Positions 52,987 to 62,827 of a stretch of 64,000 nt of DNA are shown one piece after another. A program made the translations under genes and the position numbers. Under the pieces are notes generated by a model. The model did no database searches. It was not told the DNA's origin and saw only the letters and a program-made list of their open reading frames with translations. Position 1 is the stretch's first letter. Each line of letters starts with the position of its first letter. The DNA is from Candidatus Latescibacterota bacterium (GTDB lineage: Bacteria > Krumholzibacteriota > Krumholzibacteriia > WVZY01): the NCBI GenBank assembly GCA_963791045.1, contig CAWBQK010000009.1, positions 234,493 to 298,492 on the forward strand, written 5' to 3'.

Positions 52987-53951
52987 ACATCGTGGCATCA
53001 TCGGGCAGAGACGACATTGCCGTCGTCTACATCGCGGAGTTCGGAGACGGCAAATGGGTCGAGTGCGTCGAGGCCGTCCAACCGCCGGCGCCCCGCGAAG
53101 ACAAGTGGATTCTCCTCGTCTCCACATTGTACGGTTGTCCCGTCGGTTGCTCGATGTGCGATGCCGGCGGGTTCTATCACGGTCGTGTGTCAAAAGAGGA
53201 TTTGTTTGCCCAGATCGATTTCCTTGTTCGCAAGCGGTTCCCCTCGGGTGACATCCCCAGCAAGCAGTTCAAGATCCAATTTGCGCGGATGGGCGATCCC
53301 GCATTCAACCCCGCCGTTCTCGATGTCATCGAAGAACTCCCCGATCACTACGGGGTTCCGGGGTTCTTACCGTCGCTGTCGACGGTGGCTCCGATGGGCG
53401 TCGACGCTTTCTTTGAAAGACTCGAACAAATCAAGCACGATCGATTCCCCGGCGGACGCTTCCAATTCCAGTTCTCGATCCACACCACCGACGAGAAGCG
53501 CAGGGATGAAATCATTCCCACAAAAAAATGGAGCTTCGCGCGGATGGCGGAGTACGGGCGGCGTTTCTACAAAGAAGGCGACCGCAAAATCACTTTGAAC
53601 TTTGCGCTCATGCAGGACGCGCCGATCGACCCGGCAGTTCTTCTCGATCATTTTGACCCCGACTACTTTCTAATAAAGATCACACCGTTAAATGTGACTT
53701 ACCGCGCGGCGGAGCATAGCCTCACGTCTTACATCGATCCGCTTCGCGCCGACGACGATTATCCGATAGTCAACGATCTGCGCACAGCGGGCTATCAGGT
53801 CATCGTGAGCATTGGCGATTCCGAAGAAAACTTTATCGGAAGCAACTGCGGGCAGTATCTCCAGCGACACCTCAACGCCTCGAAGCCCGTGCAGGGCGCC
53901 TACACATACACCATCGATCCGGCCGAAACGAGCGCCATCAAAAAACAATAA
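52983..53951 (+). CDS. RlmN/Cfr-like radical SAM protein (short, divergent)
   Basis: VST.YGCPVGCSMCD, RMGDP, SIH, C-terminal SNCGQ; TTG start overlapping upstream TGA. Confidence 0.82.
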   Translation: MNIVASSGRDDIAVVYIAEFGDGKWVECVEAVQPPAPREDKWILLVSTLYGCPVGCSMCDAGGFYHGRVSKEDLFAQIDFLVRKRFPSGDIPSKQFKIQFARMGDPAFNPAVLDVIEELPDHYGVPGFLPSLSTVAPMGVDAFFERLEQIKHDRFPGGRFQFQFSIHTTDEKRRDEIIPTKKWSFARMAEYGRRFYKEGDRKITLNFALMQDAPIDPAVLLDHFDPDYFLIKITPLNVTYRAAEHSLTSYIDPLRADDDYPIVNDLRTAGYQVIVSIGDSEENFIGSNCGQYLQRHLNASKPVQGAYTYTIDPAETSAIKKQ

Positions 53952-53991
53952 CGCCGCATCAGACAGCTAATTCCCGAAGGAGGTTGACGTC

Positions 53992-55215
53992 GTGAGCGAT
54001 AAATCCTCGAAGACTCGAAGGGAATTCTTACAGATGGGAACGGCCGCCCTTGCCGGAGCAGCCCTCGCCGGCTCCGGCGCGTGCTCTTCGTCATCGCATG
54101 ATGAAACAAAGGGTGACAGGGCAATCATTCGACGCACACTCGGGCGGACAGGACTAGAGCTGCCAATCATAAGCATGGGATCCGCCTATGCGATAGACCT
54201 GGTACGGACGGCACTCGACGAAGGCATCGTCTATATTCACACATCAAGTGGTTACTCCGAAAACCGTCACGAGAAGATGCTTGGCAAAGTCTTTCGCGGA
54301 CGCCCGAGGGACTCCTTCGTTGTCGCGACGAGCCCCGACCTTCCCTACGAGGTCGACAGGGCAAGCGGGAATTCGAACGATGTCGGTACCGCGGTCGACC
54401 CCGGCCTCATCGCGAAATCTATGGAGGGCAGTCTCGACCGTCTCGGGCTCGAGTATGTCGACATTTACTACCTCTGTTCGGTCTCGACTCGCGCCGCCGC
54501 AATGCATCAGCCGTATATCGAGGCGCTCGACACACTCAAACGCGACGGCAAGACTCGGTTCACCGGCATCGCGACACACGCAAACGAACCCGAAGTAATT
54601 CGAGCCGCCGCCGATAGTGGTTTTTGGGATGTAATTCTCACCGCATACAACTTCAGACAATCGCATCGCGCCGATGTCCGGTCCGCAATCGAATACGCGG
54701 CGGGCAAGGGACTCGGCGTGGTGGCAATGAAAACGCAGGCAGGTGTCTACTGGGACAGCCGCCATGAACAAATGATCAATATGAAAGCCGCGCTCAAATG
54801 GGTTCTCGAGGATAAAAACGTCCACACGACCATTCCCGCGTTCATGAATTTCAAAGAGATGGAAGAAGACCTGTCGGTCATGCAGGATCTTTCGCTGACT
54901 CCCGAAGAAGAGCGCGATCTAACAATGGGCGACCGGTTGGGTTTTTCGGGGCACTACTGCGACCAGTGCGGCCGGTGTATCGCCCAATGCCCGTCGAAAG
55001 TGGATATCCCCACCCTCATGCGTAGTCACATGTATGCGTACGGTCATCGCAAGCCGGCAAAGGCGAAAGAGACCCTGACTCATTGGTCGGCATCGGATAT
55101 CGCATGCACGGATTGCGGCGACTGTGTGGTCGAGTGTACGAAAGGTTTCGATGTCAGGACGAGAGCCGTCGAAATCGGCCGCATACTGGACGTCCCCGGC
55201 GAGTTTTTGGGATGA
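53992..55215 (+). CDS. Tat-signal aldo/keto reductase with C-terminal 4Fe-4S dicluster domain
   Basis: TRREFLQ, RRTLGRTGL, SLDRLGLEYVDIY, AMKT, CDQCGRCIAQCP, CTDCGDCVVEC. Confidence 0.87.
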   Translation: MSDKSSKTRREFLQMGTAALAGAALAGSGACSSSSHDETKGDRAIIRRTLGRTGLELPIISMGSAYAIDLVRTALDEGIVYIHTSSGYSENRHEKMLGKVFRGRPRDSFVVATSPDLPYEVDRASGNSNDVGTAVDPGLIAKSMEGSLDRLGLEYVDIYYLCSVSTRAAAMHQPYIEALDTLKRDGKTRFTGIATHANEPEVIRAAADSGFWDVILTAYNFRQSHRADVRSAIEYAAGKGLGVVAMKTQAGVYWDSRHEQMINMKAALKWVLEDKNVHTTIPAFMNFKEMEEDLSVMQDLSLTPEEERDLTMGDRLGFSGHYCDQCGRCIAQCPSKVDIPTLMRSHMYAYGHRKPAKAKETLTHWSASDIACTDCGDCVVECTKGFDVRTRAVEIGRILDVPGEFLG

Positions 55216-55476
55216 TCGACGCCGTCTCGTCCTACGGGCGAGGGGCTTGTGACGTCTTTCACAAGAATATTCGCGTGCCCACCGCGGCGTTGATATATTG
55301 CAATCTACTTAGGAAGACCAAACAAATCGCGACACACCCAATCACTCAAATATGCTCCGGCGGTGGCGACCCAAGAATCACCACATTAACAGACAGTAAA
55401 CCAACAAGTTATCACACCGTCAATTGCGCGGTTCACGATAGTTGTCTGGCATGATATATGCGGATCTGCCCGGTTC

Positions 55477-57324
55477 ATGAGTGCAGCGAAAACTCATACG
55501 GTCGGAAATAACATTCACGCTACGGAAAGCGCAAACAAGAACCTTGCACATCTTGATAAGGTTCGCGCGATCTTCGCGTCGTTATCCAAATACATTCACG
55601 CCAAAACCATCTACGCGAGCAACAACCCACACGTTGGAAAATTCGCCGGGGTCTTTTACGATTCGTTTAAGACGATTTTTAAACACGAGAAAGAACTCGT
55701 TCTAACGATCGAGCAGTATCAAATTCGGTGGAACGACGAAGTCGTATATAACAACACCGAAAAGAACACGAGCATCGCTTTTCTTCTCTTCAAAGACGGG
55801 GTCGGCGAGATCACTATATATTCGGCCGTAAAACAGACCGAACTCGACCACTTCGTTGACTTGATCAAGAACGAGATATACAACCCGTCGGCACATCTCG
55901 ACATCGTCAGCAGACTTTGGCAGGCGGAGTTCAAGGACATACACTACCGTGTATTCGACGAGTGTACGGACGGCGCGTCGGGGGAAGGCGGAAAAACCGG
56001 CAGTGACTCCCAGGAGCAGCCGCTTCGCGTTAACGACCACCGCAATACCGACTCGACGGGCGATGAGGCCAACGGTGCCGCCGCCCGCGCCAATAATCCG
56101 TTCAATTCACTCGGCTCATACCTTGCCGGCGTCGTCGAGAACGGCCGGCCCGGCGCTTCGACTTTGCAAAAAGAGGAGTTCCTTCAAAGCACCCTGGATT
56201 CGATGTTCAAAACGAGTTCCGAGGAGCTGGAATCGTGGAGAGAGGAATTCTTCTCCTCGAACGACCAGGATAAACTTCTCTGGCTTCTCGACACGATGGT
56301 CGATTTCACACAGGTCCGCAGCACTCCGGCCAAAACCCGCGACATCCTGGACGTGATCGATCGGGTGGTACGCTACATCATTGCCGAGGCGAAGATTCCC
56401 GCGCTCATTACCCTGCTCGAAGTCAAAGAGAAAATTGAACAGAGTCCTGCAACCGTCCAGGAATTTCAGATCCTCCCCGAGCGAATTTATCGGGAACTGA
56501 CGAACAACGCCTTTCTTTTATTGCTGGGCAAGAACACCAGCACATCACGCGATGGCGCGCGTGAGGCGTTGCGATTCTTTCATCTGATCGGAAAAGTCGC
56601 CGTGCCCGGCATTCGGGAACTATTGAAAAACTCGAGAGATCCGCTGGTTCACAAGGATGCGTGCGACGCGTTGCTCGCCATCACCGGCCCCGACATTATG
56701 CCCGTGGTGGAAGATTTCGACCTTGAAAATCACCATGACGCCAGAGATGCCGTCTATCTTCTCCAGCGCGCGTTTCCCGCAGAGGTTCCGCCGGCGGTCA
56801 ATAAAATTGCATCTTCACCCGACCCGCAGATTCGCCATCTGGCAATCGAACTTCTCATAAAAGCTAAATCCGATGAAGCCGCGGCATTGCTGTGCCGGCT
56901 CATGGAAGACCCGGACAGCGACGTCCGCGTCAAAGCGTATGCCGGTGTGGAGAAGGTATCGCACCCGGCTGTCGTCAAAAAGATGATTTCTTTGTGTTTT
57001 GGCGATATCAATCCCGCCAGAAGTGTCGATGAGCTCGAACGCATGTTCCGGACGCTTGGAATTCTGGCGGGCGAGAAGGCGCTTCCCTCGCTAAAACAAA
57101 TGATCAAGAAAAAAGGCTGGATTCCTTTGGGAAAGAGCCGCGGCAAGCAGGATAAATTGCTCGTCATTACTGCCTTGAGGCATATCCCGGGCAGGACGTC
57201 GGTCGAGCTTTTGCGGAAGTTGGCCGACGATCGTGACAGTCACGTCAGGACGAAAGCGTCGTACGTACTGAAACGCATCGGCAAACCAGAAGACGAGCCT
57301 GTATTGCAGGAAGTCGAATCATGA
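55477..57324 (+). CDS. HEAT-repeat protein
   Basis: C-terminal HEAT-like repeats (DPQIRHLAI, DSDVRVKA, DSHVRTKA); coupled to the next gene by an ATGA overlap. Confidence 0.75.
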   Translation: MSAAKTHTVGNNIHATESANKNLAHLDKVRAIFASLSKYIHAKTIYASNNPHVGKFAGVFYDSFKTIFKHEKELVLTIEQYQIRWNDEVVYNNTEKNTSIAFLLFKDGVGEITIYSAVKQTELDHFVDLIKNEIYNPSAHLDIVSRLWQAEFKDIHYRVFDECTDGASGEGGKTGSDSQEQPLRVNDHRNTDSTGDEANGAAARANNPFNSLGSYLAGVVENGRPGASTLQKEEFLQSTLDSMFKTSSEELESWREEFFSSNDQDKLLWLLDTMVDFTQVRSTPAKTRDILDVIDRVVRYIIAEAKIPALITLLEVKEKIEQSPATVQEFQILPERIYRELTNNAFLLLLGKNTSTSRDGAREALRFFHLIGKVAVPGIRELLKNSRDPLVHKDACDALLAITGPDIMPVVEDFDLENHHDARDAVYLLQRAFPAEVPPAVNKIASSPDPQIRHLAIELLIKAKSDEAAALLCRLMEDPDSDVRVKAYAGVEKVSHPAVVKKMISLCFGDINPARSVDELERMFRTLGILAGEKALPSLKQMIKKKGWIPLGKSRGKQDKLLVITALRHIPGRTSVELLRKLADDRDSHVRTKASYVLKRIGKPEDEPVLQEVES

Positions 57325-58830
57325 ATGATGCCCTGAAAAATCCTTACCTCGCGATGGCGGACACTATTGATTCACCGGACGATCATGACGGCATCGACAT
57401 GCCCCTTTCGATCGATCACAATGAGCGGCTGGGGCCGACCCTTATCCAATGTCTTTTCAGCGTCGCCAAAACAATTCAAATCTACGATGCCACGAATCGC
57501 GCCACCAAAAAAGTAATCTCCAGGCTGCGCCTTTGCCTTGAAGAACTCGCCAATATCGAGGGACGCGTAACCGTGGCGGTATCCACGGACTTGCTCCTGA
57601 TCAACGACGTACGAATCATCGTTGAGTCCCAGAGCATGGGACCGGTCTTGTATCTCATAGATGAGATGAAGAAAAGAAGAATCGAGGAAATCGATTTTGC
57701 GCTTGAAGTTAGCGAAGAGGATACTGGCGAAGTTCTTTACGCTGTTTACGAGTGATCCGAACGAAGAGGACGCTTTTGGCGCGCTCGAGCGGGGGCTTGA
57801 AGCGGCGAGGATAAAGCACATTCGACTCACCGAGTGGATCGAACGCGTAAAGTATCTCAGGGCGGCGAAGGTTGAAAGACAGGAGATCAGGGAGGAAAGC
57901 AACAGGGCAATGTCCAGGGCAATCCTCTTTATGAGCGAAGTAATGAGATCGATCGAACAACGGCGACCGATTCAAATGCCAAAGGCACACCGCATCACCC
58001 AGCAAATAGCCGACATCATTCAAGCGGACGAAACGGTTCTCGTCGGTCTAGCGAGTATTAAGGACTATGACGAGTACACTTTTTCCCATTCGGTTAACGT
58101 CAGTGTCCTGTCGATGTTGATCGCCGACAGGATGGGACTCCCTAAAAACGAAACCGCGCAGCTAGGCGTCGCGGCCCTTTTCCACGACATCGGCAAAACC
58201 CACGTTCCTCAGTCTATTCTGAACAAACCCGCGACATTGACGGACGACGAGTGGATGCTCATGGAGCGCCACTCTATGCTCGGTGTTATCGAGTTATCCC
58301 GCGTGAGGTCTCTGCGGGCGGTAATCGACCCGATCTTTGTCGCGCTGCAGCACCACCTCGGATACGGCGGGCAGGGGTATCCCAAAAAGCCCGGCGGGTG
58401 GGTGTTTCATCCGTATACGCAGATCGTGGCGATAGCGGACGTTTTTGACGCGATGTCAACACCGAGGGTTTACAGGAAGAATACGTTGACCCAGGACAGA
58501 GTGTTGAATTTCATTCTCCACAAAGGCGGCGAACTGTTCGATCCGTTAATTACGAAAGTATTCGTCAAAGCGATGGGCGTGTATCCCACGGGCGCGGTCG
58601 TCGAACTGGATACCGGGGAAAGAGCCGTCGTCGTCCGTCAAAACGATAAAACATGCTGCTCTTGCATCGCCCCGTGGTTACCATACTCGGAACCGAAGGA
58701 CCGCAAGGCGACCCTGTCGATCTCTCCCGGCCGGAATCCGGACGGGGTATCATATGCGCGCACAATCGTCAAATCGGTGCACGAGCACGACACCGAGGCA
58801 CAGAAGGCGGAATGCTTCGTGATGAAGTAA
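57321..58830 (+). CDS. HD-GYP domain phosphodiesterase (frameshifts ~57720 and ~58650-58730)
   Basis: DEYTFSHSVNV, ALFHDIGK, HH..GQGYP, ADVFDAM..RVYR, GVYPTG. Confidence 0.85.
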
Positions 58831-58893
58831 GTCTCATCCAGTAACGCGCATCGCGGCCCCGACCGTCGTCTTTATCGCAACGCCACTTTTTTC

Positions 58894-59940
58894 TCACAGC
58901 GTCGCCATCTCGACATTGTCGAAATTGCGCTGATAGAACTCCATGTACTGGACCTTGCGTTCAAGCGCGTGAATGACCTCGCGGCTGAAATTGACCCCGG
59001 TGAATTTCTGGGCGCTCCCCAAACCGCCGGGACTGAACACATTGATCTCCATCAACTTGTCCCCGACGATGTCGAGACCCACGAGAAACATTCCGTCAAC
59101 AACCAGTTTTGGACGAACGATCTCAGCGATTCGAAGGGCCTGTTCCCCTACTTCAGCGGCCTGCAAACGGCCGCCGGCGTGAATATTCGATCGCATGTCG
59201 CCGCCCGATCGGACGCGCCGGAATGCGGCATACTTGCCCTTGTGACGGAGCGGCTGACCGTTCATCAAAAACAGCCGCATGTCCCCCTCCGCCGCAGCCG
59301 GCAGATACTCCTGGGCGATAACATAACCGTCACGGCTGACGGCATCGATCATCTGATTGAGGTTTGGAACGTCGTCGGGACGCACCAGGAATACACTCTG
59401 CCCACCCGATCCCTGCAAAGGCTTGAGAACGATCGTCCCGCCTTCCTCTTTTGCGAACGCTTTTATCTCATCCCGGTCGCGCGTAATGAGCGTGCGCGGC
59501 CGAACCTCTTCCGGAAACGCCTGGAAATACATTTTCGACATCGCTTTGGCAAGGCCGTTCGGATCGTTCAAGACAATGACGCCGTGACGGGCCGCCATTC
59601 TGCCAAATAGGAGTCCTGCCGTCGCCGCCCACGGACGAGACACCGCATCGGGGGAGGGATCGTTCCGCAACATAAGCACGTCGAGATCATCGACACAAAT
59701 CCGCTCGACGATCGCACTCTTTCCCTGCAAATCCTTCAGGTATCCCGCGGTGGTTTTGTATCGTGTTTTCGGCACACGCCTCGCACGCGCACTTATGTGA
59801 TCGCTTGGGTCATAAGCGAGTTCCCCAACGCCCATCACCCAAACTTCGTGATCGAGGTTGACGCCGGCCACGCCGAGGCGGGTCGTCGTGAATCCGGCTT
59901 CTTCGGTCATTATGTCATTAACAACAAGTCCTATTTTCAA
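58894..59940 (-). CDS. Glutathione synthetase-like ATP-grasp ligase
   Basis: MLRNDP, VLKPLQGSGG, QEYLP..EGDMR, RSNIHAGG, GLDIVG..EINVFSPGG. Confidence 0.88.
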   Translation of the reverse strand: MKIGLVVNDIMTEEAGFTTTRLGVAGVNLDHEVWVMGVGELAYDPSDHISARARRVPKTRYKTTAGYLKDLQGKSAIVERICVDDLDVLMLRNDPSPDAVSRPWAATAGLLFGRMAARHGVIVLNDPNGLAKAMSKMYFQAFPEEVRPRTLITRDRDEIKAFAKEEGGTIVLKPLQGSGGQSVFLVRPDDVPNLNQMIDAVSRDGYVIAQEYLPAAAEGDMRLFLMNGQPLRHKGKYAAFRRVRSGGDMRSNIHAGGRLQAAEVGEQALRIAEIVRPKLVVDGMFLVGLDIVGDKLMEINVFSPGGLGSAQKFTGVNFSREVIHALERKVQYMEFYQRNFDNVEMATL

Positions 59941-61914
59941 CGGTATTCCTCCATGACAAGTTTCGAAACAGATTCATATCGCCGCACGCGATCCAGCCGC
60001 GCGCTCGTTTTGGGCATTTCCATATAGCGAGGCTTGAGAGGCGCATCGCGAAGAACACGACGCCATAAGAGTTCTTTGATAATTGGAACGTGCTCGTCCG
60101 CCATCTTGCCAACAAAAAGCGGATGGAATTCACCCCCATCATTCAGATAATCCAGCAACTGGTCGAGTCCGCTCAAATATATAGCATCTTTTGTGAATCC
60201 ACCACCACGAAACACACGCATGGTCACGGTGAAGGCACTGTATTGCGCCAATCCGAAATCACTGTTGAGCTTTCGATAACAATCGATAAATGTGGCGCCT
60301 TCGATCATCATTCGGACGGCAAGGACTCTCGCGGAGAGGAGGCGCAATCGAGGCCGGCTCAGCCCGCCAACAAGGTACTCGGCCAAAACGGCGAGGCCTT
60401 CCTGAAGCGCCTCGTATCCGGCCAGCCCGGAGTACAGTAGTTTGAGAGGTTGGGCCTTTCCATTATAATATGTCAGTATGTGCGTTCCGACCTCGTGCTG
60501 CAGGAGCGCCTCCACCCTCGAGGTCGGGATTCGGGCCTGGCTCCCGACGAGCAATGATCCGCGGGACACGATCAATCCACTGTTGAGATCATCCCTGACC
60601 GTAACTGTTGCTTTCACATCCTTCCACTGCTTGCGGTACCAGGCGATCTCGTCCGCGGCGCGGCGTGCAAATGCATGAGCATCCAGAACCCCACCTCCCG
60701 CGACTTCGCGTGCTCGCGACGGAAGCCGTTCGAGAACTTCGACCGCAGTTTCCATCAGACTGTCCCCAACTCCCCCGTACAACTGGATACTACCGTGGAC
60801 AAACCGATTCGTGTTCAAATCAAGAAGCATCGTTATCTGCCGATCGAGTTCATGCTGTTTCTGACGGAGCAGGAAAGCAATGGCTGGGTCCTCCACGCGT
60901 TCGAGCGGCGCGCTGAAAAGGGACCGTTTGAGCATCGAAGGATCAACCGGGACCGGCCGATACTTGAATACCGGTGGCTTTTCGAAGTGATTCCTCCTGA
61001 ATTGATTCCAGGCCGGCAGTGCATTGATCGGCGTGGTCTGCAGGATGAGATCAAACTTGTCCGACACGTCGCCAAAGCGGCTATCCACTTCCCAGACAGC
61101 CTTGGCCACGGCGCGTCTGCCGAGCATGTGGTAATGCCTTGGCCGATGGGTGGTGTACTTCCGTGAAAATTCGAATAAGGAACGCTTGAGCGCCAGACTG
61201 CAACTGTCGTCGGAACGGCCGCATGCGCAGGGGATACAACTGCTCACCCGCTGGATCACGATAGACGGGGCGAACCTCGATGCCGGCGACTATGCAATGT
61301 CCCTCGTTCTCGGAGCCCGCACCGATGATGGGAGACATCCGCGGCGGGTGCGGTCGCCGGCTTCGCACAACTGTCACTTCCGCGCGCCGCCTCATCAACC
61401 TGACCCTTTGGAGCGCGGACTCGAGGGAATCCGCCAGAGTATCGAATTTCTTGTCCGGCGGCAGAAAAATTCGAAATCCCGGAACTATATTAGTACCGGA
61501 AGAGGCCGCCGTTTGTGACGTTTCCGCCGCGGCCTCCGAATCCGTAACCGCCAACACCGCCGGTTCCGTGTGTGCGGCCCAGATTTCAAGAACGAGAAAC
61601 GTGCCGAATTGCTCGCCAATTGTCTTGGCAATACTGCCAACCAGCTTCGAAATACCCTTTTGGTGCTTTGCGAGTCCCGTTGCCCTTACGTACGCCGCTT
61701 CGGTGGTCACCAATCGGTCGGTTCCTTCATCATTCGAAACCCTTGGCTTGCGATAAACACACAAGAAAGGCAGAGCCCGATCGACGTGCACACGTCCCCA
61801 CACCGGCAAACGCCGTCTCACGGGTTTGTTTGCGGTCAGGCGCTCGCAAATGTCCTGGATATTTCGGTCGGTAATCTCGGTTGGCCTTTTGCCGGCGGTA
61901 GTTTTTACAGGCAC
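59937..61914 (-). CDS. QEGLA-motif (DUF1704/MATCAP-like) zinc peptidase (frameshift ~61195)
   Basis: HEVGTH, LQEGLA, RVFRGGGFTKDAIYL; N-terminal half in frame 61081..62001; GTG start overlapping upstream gene end. Confidence 0.85.
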
Positions 61915-62687
61915 ATCAGTTCCTCCAAAACTCCCGGGACGGTAGTTTCCAGTGCCTCGCCTATCACTCGAACCATTTCCGTGTCGGGCGCGCCGGTCCA
62001 TTCATCCATAAAGAATTTCTTAAACTCGATTGCCAGCGAACAACCTGATAGCGGAAACGTTTCGTGTATCCACCGTGAAAACTGCCCGCCCTTGAACTTC
62101 ACGTTCTCGCGGACATCGAGTGATCCTCCCGGAAAATCGAATGATCGGAGATCGCGAATGAAACGGTCAACAACCGGCGCCCAAAGCGTGCGATCCATTG
62201 TTCCCGTACCAATATTGACCTGGGGATTTGTCTCGGAATCCGCCGGCGCTGCGTCCGGCCCGTTTCGCCGGTGGTTGTAACTGTGCAGGTCAAAAACAAC
62301 AAATCGGCCGTGACGCTCCGCGATATCGCGGAGCACATCTCCAACGGTGTTATAAAAAGCGTCGTACTCGGCGCGCGATCGTTTGATCAGATCATCGTCA
62401 GGCCTTTGCCGCCAGACCTCGAGCCCCCATGCGTCGGAAGGTTCGACATACACTGCTGTGTCCCGGGGCCGGTTCAGGTCCACCTCGAAACGAGAGCCGG
62501 TGCCCACAATTCGTGTCGGAGCCACAGCCGTCCACGTGGACGTAAACGGATCTTCCTCGCGAAGACGATCGCCTTCGGTTATGGCAAACAAGGCTGCAAC
62601 CTCATCGCGGACGGCGTGGCCGTCGTGAATCGCGGCGGCCACGAGCGGTCCTTCGCCCTTAGCCAGTTCCCAGATTCGATCGACCAT
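61905..62687 (-). CDS. N-formylglutamate amidohydrolase family protein
   Basis: AIHDGH, REEDPFT, SRFEVDLNR, DLHSYNHRR, AIEFKKFFMDEW. Confidence 0.88.
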   Translation of the reverse strand: MVDRIWELAKGEGPLVAAAIHDGHAVRDEVAALFAITEGDRLREEDPFTSTWTAVAPTRIVGTGSRFEVDLNRPRDTAVYVEPSDAWGLEVWRQRPDDDLIKRSRAEYDAFYNTVGDVLRDIAERHGRFVVFDLHSYNHRRNGPDAAPADSETNPQVNIGTGTMDRTLWAPVVDRFIRDLRSFDFPGGSLDVRENVKFKGGQFSRWIHETFPLSGCSLAIEFKKFFMDEWTGAPDTEMVRVIGEALETTVPGVLEELMCL

Positions 62688-62827
62688 CGTGTTCTCCTCA
62701 ATATGACCGGATACCGTGGAAGCGCACCGAGCATGATTCCCGAGACCTGGCTTCCGGCAGATTCATGTGTGCTGCCAACTAAGGATAGTCGTACAGGAAC
62801 GCTTTCGAAAGATATTTCGATACGGTG

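Noticed and set aside
52983-53951. Calling the radical SAM gene rlmN or cfr
   Set aside because: It lacks the N-terminal domain and the resolving Cys position, and its operon context is atypical, so no symbol was assigned.
1-62000. Many frameshifted genes (cyt b operon, typA, S9 peptidase, HD-GYP, QEGLA, secreted proteins) as pseudogenes or programmed frameshifts
   Set aside because: The breaks are scattered 1-nt indels in otherwise intact, conserved genes, including typA, with no shared slippery motif and no accumulation of in-frame stops. Uncorrected long-read errors are the simplest explanation; read-level polishing would decide.
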